Notes: a model not told the origin generated them from the sequence alone. Positions 51,202-60,521 are shown, numbered from the stretch's first letter. The stretch is DNA of 64,000 nucleotides from an uncultured virus (IMG/VR IMGVR_UViG_2061766007_000583) (IMGVR_UViG_2061766007_000583); one strand, 5' to 3'. Numbers and translations: made by a program.

Positions 51202-51423
51202 TTAGCCGTTGAATTTGTCGATTACATATCCACCGTCGTGACCTTGTTTCCAATAATGATAAACGCCGTTGGTGTCGTCAAATTCGATATAAATTCCACC
51301 GTCGTCACCATAATCTGCTTGAAAGAAAATCTTTGCGACTTCGAAAGTTCTTCCTTGAGCGTGAATCTTGTCACCGACTTCAACTTCGTGAACAGTCTCG
51401 TAACCGATATTTTTAATAATCAT
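51202..51423 (-). CDS. Cassette gene, hypothetical protein
   Basis: Own promoter, RBS, terminator; YHYWKQ..DGG. Confidence 0.75.
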   Translation of the reverse strand: MIIKNIGYETVHEVEVGDKIHAQGRTFEVAKIFFQADYGDDGGIYIEFDDTNGVYHYWKQGHDGGYVIDKFNG

Positions 51424-51827
51424 ATTTTTATTTCCTTCCTAAAATGTTTTGTTCCCTTTGTTTATCTTACAAACTTATTATATAACATAATAATAAATTT
51501 GTCAATAGTTTTTTGAAAAATTTTTTTTGTTTACTAAAATAAACATTTGTTTGCTTTTTGTTTAAAATATTAAACATTTCTGATATTTAAATATGATAAG
51601 CCTGCTGCCACTTTAGTTAATTAAAGCGTTAAAGTTTACATAAATAGTTTACATAATATAAAAATCTAATTTACTAAAAAATTTGTTTTGAGAGTAAAAA
51701 ATAAAATCTAGATTTAATTTATTCAGATTTAAAATTCAATTTCAAAATTAAATCTGATATTTAAATATCAAAATCGAAATCAAAAATAAAAAACCGAAAT
51801 CATAATTGAAATCGGTTTTTATTTTCG

Positions 51828-52199
51828 TTATGAGCAATAATACAAATCGTCTTCTATCTCTGTTAACTCTGTATCAGTAAACATTCTATGAAGTGCCTTT
51901 GAAGTTTTGCCACATTCTTTATAAATGCTTTTCGCTTCTTCTACACTGTAACCAAATTCATTTGCAAAATTTGTTAAATCTAAAGCGTTATCATATGCTT
52001 CCATATCACCAATTAAGCAATTCATAACTTCTTCTAATTTAGGCATTACATAATCAGTATTACACTGATACTCGAATTTATAACTCTTTCTGTTATAAAT
52101 TATCTTTCCTGCAAAAATAGTGTGATTACTTGTAAACTGTTTACTTTTAGGATTCTCTGCTTCTTCATAACTAAATTTAATCTTGTCTAAAATCATCAT
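51828..52199 (-). CDS. Cassette gene, hypothetical protein
   Basis: P.L..V..CL..D...FANEFGY motif; promoter and terminator. Confidence 0.75.
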   Translation of the reverse strand: MMILDKIKFSYEEAENPKSKQFTSNHTIFAGKIIYNRKSYKFEYQCNTDYVMPKLEEVMNCLIGDMEAYDNALDLTNFANEFGYSVEEAKSIYKECGKTSKALHRMFTDTELTEIEDDLYYCS

Positions 52200-52508
52200 A
52201 ACTTTGTACCTTCCTTTTCTGTTTTTGATTATAACTTATTCTAACATATAAATTTTTTATTGTCAATAGTTTTTTTAAAAAAAATTTAAGCAAAAATTTT
52301 TTACGTTTTATCACTCCGATATTCAAATATCATATTGGTTTACATAATATAATTACAGTTCAACCAACATAAACTGTAATCGTAATATACCTTTTAAAGT
52401 CACCAGAAGCCCCAAATTCGAACGAAAACATATTCTTTGATAAAATATACCTTAAAATAGTTTTCGTTCAAATATGAGCCAAATTTTGCGTTTTAAGACT
52501 ATATCGCC

Positions 52509-52658
52509 CTAGCGATACTCTGAAAAGACTTTTTGTTCATACTCGTCCCAATTCTTCTGCACCTTTGATTCAAGGCATACAACACCAAATATAAAGCATA
52601 AAAGCAATGAAAAGCATATTAAACAAAATTTCACATTCTTAATCTGTTCTTGATTCAT
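52509..52658 (-). CDS. Cassette gene, small TM protein
   Basis: AGGAGG RBS before ATG 52658; hydrophobic helix. Confidence 0.65.
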   Translation of the reverse strand: MNQEQIKNVKFCLICFSLLLCFIFGVVCLESKVQKNWDEYEQKVFSEYR

Positions 52659-52774
52659 AACACGTCCTCCTTTATTAACTAATATAATATTAACATAAAT
52701 ATTATATTTTGTCAAGTATAAAATTAATATTGTCTGATATTTAAATATCAGCGTTTAGTAATAAAAAAAGACCT

Positions 52775-52915
52775 TTAATCAAGGTCTTTCTGCAACTCTC
52801 TTTTAAGTCGTTTTCTGTCGTAATCCTTCGGCGATTTATGAGAGCGTGTTCCAGTGTTAAAGGGTACTAACACTCTATGCTTTTTATTCTTTTCTTTTAA
52901 CTGTTTTTTTGTCAT
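52775..52915 (-). CDS. Cassette gene, 46-aa basic peptide (ArfA/BrfA-like candidate)
   Basis: MTKKQLKEKNKKHRVLVPFNTGTRSHKSPKDYDRKRLKRELQKDLD; AAGGAAGG RBS; absent from ORF track. Confidence 0.7.
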   Translation of the reverse strand: MTKKQLKEKNKKHRVLVPFNTGTRSHKSPKDYDRKRLKRELQKDLD

Positions 52916-53246
52916 TTCTTTTAACCTTCCTTTTAATTAATNNNNNNNNNNNNNNNNNNNNNNNNNNNNNNNNNNNNNNNNNNNNNNNNNNNNNNNNNNN
53001 NNNNNNNNNNNNNNNNNNNNNNNNNNNNNNNNNNNNNNNNNNNNNNNNNNNNNNNNNNNNNNNNNNNNNNNNNNNNNNNNNNNNNNNNNNNNNNNNNNNN
53101 NNNNNNNNNNNNNNNNNNNNNNNNNNNNNNNNNNNNNNNNNNNNNNNNNNNNNNNNNNNNNNNNNNNNNNNNNNNNNNNNNNNNNNNNNNNNNNNNNNNN
53201 NNNNNNNNNNNNNNNNNNNNNNNNNNNNNNNGGGGTTAAAGGGGAT

Positions 53247-53552
53247 TTAGCAATCATAATCATAACAACCCATATAAGGATTAAATCCGATTTCATAATC
53301 ATAGTCGTCATAGTCTTCGATTTCTTCGTCTTCGGTCAATCCTTCAAGTTCATATTGTTCGTGAAAATATGTTTCTTCAAGCATTGCTTTTTCTGTTTCG
53401 TCTGCACATTCTACAAGCATTAAAACGAACAAATAAGCGTTTTCAAAAGTGTCGATTAAATATTCTTCTTCATAGTTGTTAACATTGATTTTAACGCCGT
53501 TTTCTACTCTGTAAATCTCATATTTGTTGCCGTTGATATTAAATTCTTTCAT
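53247..53552 (-). CDS. Cassette gene, acidic protein ending GFNPYMGCYDYDC
   Basis: Promoter, AAGGAG RBS. Confidence 0.75.
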   Translation of the reverse strand: MKEFNINGNKYEIYRVENGVKINVNNYEEEYLIDTFENAYLFVLMLVECADETEKAMLEETYFHEQYELEGLTEDEEIEDYDDYDYEIGFNPYMGCYDYDC

Positions 53553-53729
53553 AGGTTTATCTCCTTTCTTGATAATACAATATTAACATAAAAGGCTTTT
53601 CTTGTCAATATAAAAATTGCACAAATTAAAATTTATTTCGTTATGCATATTTTGGTTTACATAATATTAATTTCTGATATTTAAATATCGGATTTTGGTT
53701 TACATAAAAAAAGACCCTATTGGGTCTTT

Positions 53730-54083
53730 TTAGTATAGCGTTTCGTCGTATCTAACGGCGATTGTTTCATCCATTCTAGCGTGTCCACGCTCAATGGCTT
53801 CGTGTCTGTCTTTAGCACTAGCAAGACAACTCAAGCCGTTCTGTATTAAAAACTCGTTTAAATGTTTCGAAGTGGTTTTAGAATAGTTGTAATCCCTTCC
53901 AAAAGTTACAACTTTTCTAAATCCTAATCCACCTTCAGTGGCGATTTCACATACTCTAGAATCGTATGACTGAAATGCTACATAGGGTTTGTTGGTTACA
54001 TTAGAATTATAATGTAATATAAACTGATTTGCGTTAGCGTTGCCGTTGGCGTTGATTAACTGTGATACTAAAATTTCTGACAT
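53730..54083 (-). CDS. Cassette gene, hypothetical protein
   Basis: NQF...FQSYDS...YSKTTSKH motif. Confidence 0.75.
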   Translation of the reverse strand: MSEILVSQLINANGNANANQFILHYNSNVTNKPYVAFQSYDSRVCEIATEGGLGFRKVVTFGRDYNYSKTTSKHLNEFLIQNGLSCLASAKDRHEAIERGHARMDETIAVRYDETLY

Positions 54084-54268
54084 ATTACTTTTACCTTTCG
54101 AACCTATTTTTATCGGTTCGCCTTTCGTATTTGATAATACAATTATAACATATACATTTTTAAAGTCAATAGTTTTGAGTAAAAAAGTTGCATAAAATTT
54201 TTAAAAGTTTTTGTGCATATTTTATAATATATGATATTTAAATATCAGAAATAAATAATAAAAAATGG

Positions 54269-54472
54269 CTATTTCCATAGCCATTCGTATTCGTCCACGA
54301 GACGCATTTCAAGAACACAATAATAATCATAATCGCCCCAATCACGCTCTTCATAGGCAGATTCCTGCCAACGGCGTAATTCTTCCAAACGCTTCTTATA
54401 TTCGCACATAGCGTTATATGTAGCGTTTGTAAGTGTTGCAGTGATACCTTCAGAAATAATGATAGTCTTCAT
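54269..54472 (-). CDS. Cassette gene, hypothetical protein
   Basis: Promoter, AAGGAG RBS. Confidence 0.7.
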   Translation of the reverse strand: MKTIIISEGITATLTNATYNAMCEYKKRLEELRRWQESAYEERDWGDYDYYCVLEMRLVDEYEWLWK

Positions 54473-54631
54473 AAAATTTATCTCCTTTTTAAATACAATG
54501 TTTTCTTAACTTCTATAATTATAATATCACAATATAATAATTGTGTCAACACTTTTTTAAAAAAAATTTTTAATTTATTTTTAAGTATGATATTTAAATA
54601 TCAGAATAACAAATAAAAAAAAGAAAAGGCT

Positions 54632-54781
54632 TTATTCAGCCTTTTCAATCATTCTTGCTTTTGTAACTTCAGCAACTGCTTTCTGTCTTCTTCTGTACTC
54701 TTCAGCCGTCGGTTTGTTAAACGGCTCTATAACCTTTTCAAATCCTACAATTTTTTTGTTCTCAATAATCGCTCTTGTCAT
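54632..54781 (-). CDS. Cassette gene, 49-aa peptide
   Basis: MTRAIIENKKIVGFEKVIEPFNKPTAEEYRRRQKAV...; AAGGAG RBS; terminator overlaps stop. Confidence 0.65.
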   Translation of the reverse strand: MTRAIIENKKIVGFEKVIEPFNKPTAEEYRRRQKAVAEVTKARMIEKAE

Positions 54782-55033
54782 AATTTTAATCTCCTTTTAA
54801 ATGTTTTGTTTACGTTTAATAAGTTCTTCGTGAGTGTTCATAAAGTTTCCGATTGATTCAACCATTCACCCTATTACTTCCGTTCCCTTATCTTGATTAT
54901 ATATTATCATATTATGATATATAAGTCAATACTTTTTTGAAAAAATATTGCACAATTTTTTTAAAATTTTTTGTGCATATTTTTTATTTATGATATTCAA
55001 ATATCAGAATTGAAAACAAAAAAATAAAAGGGT

Positions 55034-55162
55034 TTACACCCTTTTATAATATTCAAGCCACGTCAAAGCGTTTGTTTCGTCGTCAAGGTCATACAATTCA
55101 ATACCTTCTTTAATCATTTCGTCATAAGTTAAAATGTTTCCGTTCTGTAAATTCATAAACAT
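55034..55162 (-). CDS. Cassette gene, 42-aa acidic peptide
   Basis: MFMNLQNGNILTYDEMIKEGIELYDLDDETNALTWLEYYKRV; AGGAGG RBS. Confidence 0.7.
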   Translation of the reverse strand: MFMNLQNGNILTYDEMIKEGIELYDLDDETNALTWLEYYKRV

Positions 55163-55269
55163 AGGCTTTGCCCTCCTTTATTATGTTATAAGTATAACAT
55201 AATATTATAATATTGTCAAGTATTATTTTTATATTGTCTGATATTTAAATATCATATTTTACGCAAACA

Positions 55270-55490
55270 AAAAAAGCAAACCGAATCTTATTACTGACGT
55301 TTGCTTCTTGTGATAGACCTTGAGTGCATTAGGGGTCTATCGTGGTCTGATTTGCTAGGCTCAAAGCCTACACGCCCAAACGATTTAAAAATCGTTACAC
55401 CCGACCTAAAAGCGTGTCCCAACGGATATTGTATGACTAACAGTCAGTTAAGGGGGACTTCTCATAACTCCTTGCTCCTTTTTTTTATTA
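55270..55490 (-). ncRNA. Cassette expressing a structured RNA with a 5-codon minigene
   Basis: Promoter 55498-55526, AGGAG RBS, ATG AGA AGT CCC CCT TAA, then about 7 hairpins ending in a terminator. Confidence 0.55.
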
Positions 55491-55744
55491 TGTATATATA
55501 ATATCACAATATAAAAACATTGTCAATACTTTTTTTAAAAAAATTTTTTAAAAAAATTTAACGCAATATTTGGCTCTGTATTGCGTTTAATTTAATTAGG
55601 TATAGATTTATACCTAAAATAATATAAAATTAAATGTAGGGCATTCTGTGACGTTTAAAAGGTATTGTATGATTTACTGTATATGTTTTTACAATATATA
55701 AATATGATATTTAAATATCAATTACGAAACAAAAAAATAAGGGA

Positions 55745-56131
55745 TTACTCCCTTATTTCAAATTCCTTGTAATGGTCATATTTGAGTTTAAATACATTCA
55801 AGTCAATTTCTGCATTAACTTCTACACCGATATAACCATCTTTTACATAGGTGGATTTAAACTCCTTGTAAATATCAATCGTTGTCAATTCGTTTAAATT
55901 GAATTTTAAAATTTCTTCAACAAGTTTTTCATTTTTAAATTCTCCAAACAACTGATTGATTAAACTGAATTTTGACATTAAGTCTTCTACATAAAATTCT
56001 AAATCAATACCGTCTTCGCTAATCATTTGTTTTGCTCTTCTTACAATATAATCAATAGGGTCTTCGCTACAATTGATTAATTCGTTAACTTCGATTTCAG
56101 GATAAATATTATACTTGAGTTTTAAATTCAT
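55745..56131 (-). CDS. Cassette gene, hypothetical protein
   Basis: Promoter, AAGGAG RBS. Confidence 0.75.
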   Translation of the reverse strand: MNLKLKYNIYPEIEVNELINCSEDPIDYIVRRAKQMISEDGIDLEFYVEDLMSKFSLINQLFGEFKNEKLVEEILKFNLNELTTIDIYKEFKSTYVKDGYIGVEVNAEIDLNVFKLKYDHYKEFEIRE

Positions 56132-56272
56132 ATTTTTGTTCTCCTTTTCTTTTGATACTATAACTATATCATATTATAATATAGTTGTCAATACTTTTTT
56201 TTGAAAAATTTTTATTTTATGATATTTAAATATCATAATTAATCAAAAATAATAAAGGGATTTCTCCCTTTA

Positions 56273-56641
56273 TTATTTTATCAATCTTGATATTATCCAC
56301 ATTAAGCCTTGTATATATTCTTTTTCTAGTGTATCATAAGTTACACTGTCAAGAAAATATTCGTCTACGTCTTCGCTATAAACGTCAAAGTAAATTATTA
56401 CTTCTTTAGGATTATAATAATTAAAATAAATATATCCTAAATTATTCCACGTTTCAACACGGACAATATTTGCCATTTTTGATTCTGTTTCTGCAATAGG
56501 TATTCTGTCAACTTCAATAGTAGTCTTATACTTTTCTTGATACTCTTTAAGTGTTTCTATATCTCTTACATTCATAAAGATTGAAACAACTTCGTGATAA
56601 TCTCTTTTAATTTCTTCAAGTGTTGGTGTTGTAATATTCAT
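56273..56641 (-). CDS. Cassette gene, hypothetical protein
   Basis: Promoter, RBS, terminator. Confidence 0.75.
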   Translation of the reverse strand: MNITTPTLEEIKRDYHEVVSIFMNVRDIETLKEYQEKYKTTIEVDRIPIAETESKMANIVRVETWNNLGYIYFNYYNPKEVIIYFDVYSEDVDEYFLDSVTYDTLEKEYIQGLMWIISRLIK

Positions 56642-56783
56642 TTTTAAATCTCCTTTGTTATTTGATAATAATAATATATCATATTACAACATATTTGTCA
56701 AGTGTTTTATAACATATTTGTTAAATTTCTGATATTTAAATATCATATACCTAGTAAAATAAAAAAGTGGGTTGCCCCACTTT

Positions 56784-57053
56784 TTATGCTTTAGTTACAT
56801 ATTCAAGTAAACCTTCGTATAAATCGTTTACGTTTTTTCCTTCCATTTTAGAATTAATTGTCGGCATATATTTTCCTTCGCCTTTACAGTAAAATAAAAT
56901 AACTCCGTCTTCGTCAAACACCATATAATCGCAAGACTTCGGCACGTTACCTTGAAGTCCCCAAAGTTTTAATAAAGAACTTGCGAGACCTTCCATAATT
57001 GTTTTAACTTCTCCGTTCTTTCTTGTGAATAATACTGAATAATTGTTCTTCAT
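56784..57053 (-). CDS. Cassette gene, hypothetical protein
   Basis: Promoter, RBS, terminator. Confidence 0.75.
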   Translation of the reverse strand: MKNNYSVLFTRKNGEVKTIMEGLASSLLKLWGLQGNVPKSCDYMVFDEDGVILFYCKGEGKYMPTINSKMEGKNVNDLYEGLLEYVTKA

Positions 57054-57286
57054 AATTTTAATCTCCTTTAATGTTTTGTTTTATCTTATGTATACATTAT
57101 ATCATATTACAATAAATTGTCAACACTTTTTTGAAAAAAATTTAAAAAATATTTTTAAAAAACCTATTGACAAAACAATAATAAATGTGTTATAATGGAA
57201 TTGATACCAAATTATACAACAATATTGTACAATATGATATTTAAATATCAGAAAACAGACAAAAAGAAAAAGCCTTTCGGCTTTTC

Positions 57287-57511
57287 CTAGTCAATCTCTT
57301 TCAAGATTGTTTTTGCTTTTAAAATTAAGTCATAATCTTCGCACTCGTCAAGTACCATATAACAATAATCCTTGATTGCTTTAGGGTCATTATCAAGTGT
57401 ATCTTCGATATAAGCAAGTGGCTCGAAATCGAATGAAATATCTTCATATGAGTAAGGGTCAAAGTCTTTCATTAAATTGTCGATTAAAAAAATTAACTGT
57501 TCTTTGTTCAT
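57287..57511 (-). CDS. Cassette gene, acidic protein (DFDPYSYED)
   Basis: Promoter, RBS, terminator. Confidence 0.75.
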   Translation of the reverse strand: MNKEQLIFLIDNLMKDFDPYSYEDISFDFEPLAYIEDTLDNDPKAIKDYCYMVLDECEDYDLILKAKTILKEID

Positions 57512-57666
57512 AATGTTTTCTCCTTTGTTAACAATGTTTTGTTTTATTTGATAATACTATTATAACACCTTGATTTTATATGTCAATACTTTTTTAAAAA
57601 TTTTTTTCAAAAAAATTTTATTTTATGATATTTAAATATCATAAAGTGTTAGAATTAAAAATGGCT

Positions 57667-57846
57667 TTAAGCCATTTCTAATTCATAGATAATTCTTTCA
57701 GCACTTGCTAAATTTGAATAAATTCTAGCATAACTGTAATCTGTAACATATTTAGCAACGCCACGATAATAACTTTTTAAATAAAGTTTTCTTCCTTCTT
57801 CGATTTTAAAAATCTTGTAGCCATTCCAAACTCTTAATGTTTTCAT
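57667..57846 (-). CDS. Cassette gene, 59-aa protein
   Basis: MKTLRVWNGYKIFKIEEGRKLYLKSYYRG...; AAGGAG RBS; absent from ORF track. Confidence 0.7.
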   Translation of the reverse strand: MKTLRVWNGYKIFKIEEGRKLYLKSYYRGVAKYVTDYSYARIYSNLASAERIIYELEMA

Positions 57847-57990
57847 TTGATTGTTGCTCCTTTCCTTTAACTATATATACTATATCATATTATAATATTC
57901 TTGTCAATATGTTTTTGAAAAATATTTTTATTTTCTGATATTCAAATATCAGCGACAATAAAAAAAAGAAAAGGGCTTTTCGCCCTTCTC

Positions 57991-58494
57991 TTAAATCTTT
58001 TCTCCACTCTCGATAGCGTTTACACACTTTTCATATCCTTTATATTTACTGAAAAGTCTTAATCCGTCAAGTGTTTTAAGGTTTAATTCATTACCCCTTA
58101 AATCTCTACATTTAACCACCATTGATTTAGGATTATCAAATCTCTTTTCGTAACTGTTTACAAGTTTTGTAATTGACTGAAAACCTTGTATTTCGTTACC
58201 AATGAATTTAGCATTTCCAAAGTTATCATATTTAGGTGCGTATCCTAAAGATTCAAGCCAAGCAGTAATATCAGCAGTGGGATTTTTAACGCTCAACTCA
58301 AGTGTATAATAAGAACTTGTTGCCTTATCACTTGCAGTGTTTGTTGCAATTCTCTTCATTGCTTTGTGCTTTGCTTCTTCTTCACAGTGGGGACAAACAA
58401 AACCATAATTCTTCTGTCCACGATAAACCTTTTTACATAAACTCTTGTGAATTTCTACTCCACAACCTACACAATTAACCATAACTTTTGACAT
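57991..58494 (-). CDS. Cassette gene, zinc-finger protein (related to 47986-48507)
   Basis: CVGC...CPHC; AGGAGG RBS. Confidence 0.75.
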   Translation of the reverse strand: MSKVMVNCVGCGVEIHKSLCKKVYRGQKNYGFVCPHCEEEAKHKAMKRIATNTASDKATSSYYTLELSVKNPTADITAWLESLGYAPKYDNFGNAKFIGNEIQGFQSITKLVNSYEKRFDNPKSMVVKCRDLRGNELNLKTLDGLRLFSKYKGYEKCVNAIESGEKI

Positions 58495-58670
58495 AATTTT
58501 AATCCTCCTTTTTGGATTTCTTGTTTGTTTTTATCTTACAATACATATTATATACTATTAGTTTTTATTTGTCAATACTTTTTTTAAATTTTTTAAAATT
58601 TTTTTTCTTACAATATTTTCTGATATTCAAATATCAGAATCAAAATCGAAAAAAGAATAGGACTTTCGCC

Positions 58671-58997
58671 CTATTCAAAAATCTCGTATAAAGATTTTTT
58701 ATAATTCCATTCGCCTTTTACTTGCATTTCTGCATAGTATGTAGCCATTTCATAGAGTTTCAAAATACTATCAGTTTCTAAAATCAATTCCCAATCTCTA
58801 GGGCAAAATGCTTGATATTCGGATTTTGCACTCTTATAAACGATTCCAGAGTATAACCAATTTTGACCATAATCGAAATAAATATCTTCAACTGTTAACC
58901 TAAAATCCGACACTACAGTATTTACAAATACACAAAACGATTCAAGTCTTATTCTTTCAACTGTACCCATTGTATAAGTTTTAATTTTATTAGCCAT
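58671..58997 (-). CDS. Cassette gene, hypothetical protein
   Basis: VEDIYFDYGQNW...YQ...PRD motif. Confidence 0.75.
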   Translation of the reverse strand: MANKIKTYTMGTVERIRLESFCVFVNTVVSDFRLTVEDIYFDYGQNWLYSGIVYKSAKSEYQAFCPRDWELILETDSILKLYEMATYYAEMQVKGEWNYKKSLYEIFE

Positions 58998-59168
58998 TTT
59001 CTGACCCTCCTTTATTTTATATACTTATTATATAGGATTAAAATTTATTTGTCAATACTTTTTTTAAAAAATATTTTTATATACATNNNNNNNNNNNNNN
59101 NNNNNNNNNNNNNNNNNNNNNNNNNNNNNNNNNNNNATTAAAAAGGGACTTATAAAGTCCCTTTTATT

Positions 59169-59480
59169 TTACCACAATTCCGATTCAACAACTTCTCTTT
59201 GTACGGCAACTGATTCTTGATTAAGAATTTTTTTAATGTTTTCAACAATCTCTTTTACTGTAGTTTTTTCGATAAACATTAATTCAATTCTTAATGTTTT
59301 TTCGGTTACAAAACTGCCGTCGTCGTGCTTGTAAATTCCGTCGGCTTCAAAAATTGTCGCTCCGTCTGTATAAGATAATAATAATTTCTTAATTATCTTA
59401 TATGCTTCAAGTGTTGATACTTCTTGAATTTTTGTGTCCTTGTCATTAAGTCCTACATAAAGTGTAAATTTTTCAATCAT
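59169..59480 (-). CDS. Cassette gene, putative SAM lyase (PII-like/DUF3574-type)
   Basis: GAT...GIY...EKTLRIE...LNQESV motif pattern. Confidence 0.6.
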   Translation of the reverse strand: MIEKFTLYVGLNDKDTKIQEVSTLEAYKIIKKLLLSYTDGATIFEADGIYKHDDGSFVTEKTLRIELMFIEKTTVKEIVENIKKILNQESVAVQREVVESELW

Positions 59481-59914
59481 TTTGGTTGCCTCCCTTGTTT
59501 TGATTATGGACTAATTATATCATACCATTTCTAACTTGTCAAGAAAAAAATGCACAAATTTTAAAAATTTTTTTGTACAATTTTACCACACTGTATATTA
59601 CATTCTGATATTTAAATATCAGAAAAAATCATACTATACTTATACAACGCAATATTTCGCCCTATATGGCGTTTTATATTTTACCCCTTGCGTAATGCGT
59701 GAAAATAAATTAAGTGCCGAGCCGAGCCGTATAATGCGTTATACATATATATTATACATAATTATAGATAAGTATAGTTATATATAACTGATATTCTAAT
59801 ATCATATATACAATAAAGAAAAAAGGCAATGCATTTTGCAAAGCCTTTTTTCAAACTCAAAACATTGTATAGGAGGGTTTTATGCCAAAGCAACTTTCGT
59901 TGCTTATTGCCATT

Positions 59915-60247
59915 TTATAATTCAGATAAAGGAACATAAATCTTTTCAATTTCAGATTCAGAATCTGAATCGTCTTCTTCATCTTCTTCTTCGTCGTCGT
60001 CCCAATAATCGTCTTCATCTTCTTCTTCAGTATCAAGACCAATTTGTTCAAAAATCCATTCATCTTCGAACCATAAAAGGTCATTTACTTCTGTCATTGT
60101 TGGAATTTCATCGCCATAATATGATTCAAGAAAGTTCATTAATTCATCTTCGTAACCATATTCTTCAACTGTTTTAAGAGTATCTTCTGCACCACTCCAA
60201 CAAGCATTAACTAAATCATTAAAATCATAATAATTCTTAATTTCCAT
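59915..60247 (-). CDS. Cassette gene, highly acidic protein (DNA-mimic candidate)
   Basis: WSGA.DT...T..NDLLWFE plus poly-D/E tract; two tandem promoters. Confidence 0.75.
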   Translation of the reverse strand: MEIKNYYDFNDLVNACWSGAEDTLKTVEEYGYEDELMNFLESYYGDEIPTMTEVNDLLWFEDEWIFEQIGLDTEEEDEDDYWDDDEEEDEEDDSDSESEIEKIYVPLSEL

Positions 60248-60521
60248 TTTGTTATCTCCTTTTGTTCTTTTCCTTACCTTGTAAATACATTATAGCATAT
60301 TACTTTTAATTTGTCAAGCATTTTTTTTATTTTATTTTTGCTTTTTTATATTTACTTTCCGTTCCCTTATTTGTTAAATACATTATAGCATAAGTATAAA
60401 GTTTTGTCAAGAAAAAGTTTTAAATTCAAAATCGAGTTTGGAATCATATATGATATTTAAATATCAGAATTTGATAAATGAAAAACGGATTCAAATTCGA
60501 AAATCAGAATCCGTTTTGTTT

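Noticed and set aside
52909..53311. ORFs composed mostly of X
   Set aside because: Artefacts of the N gap.
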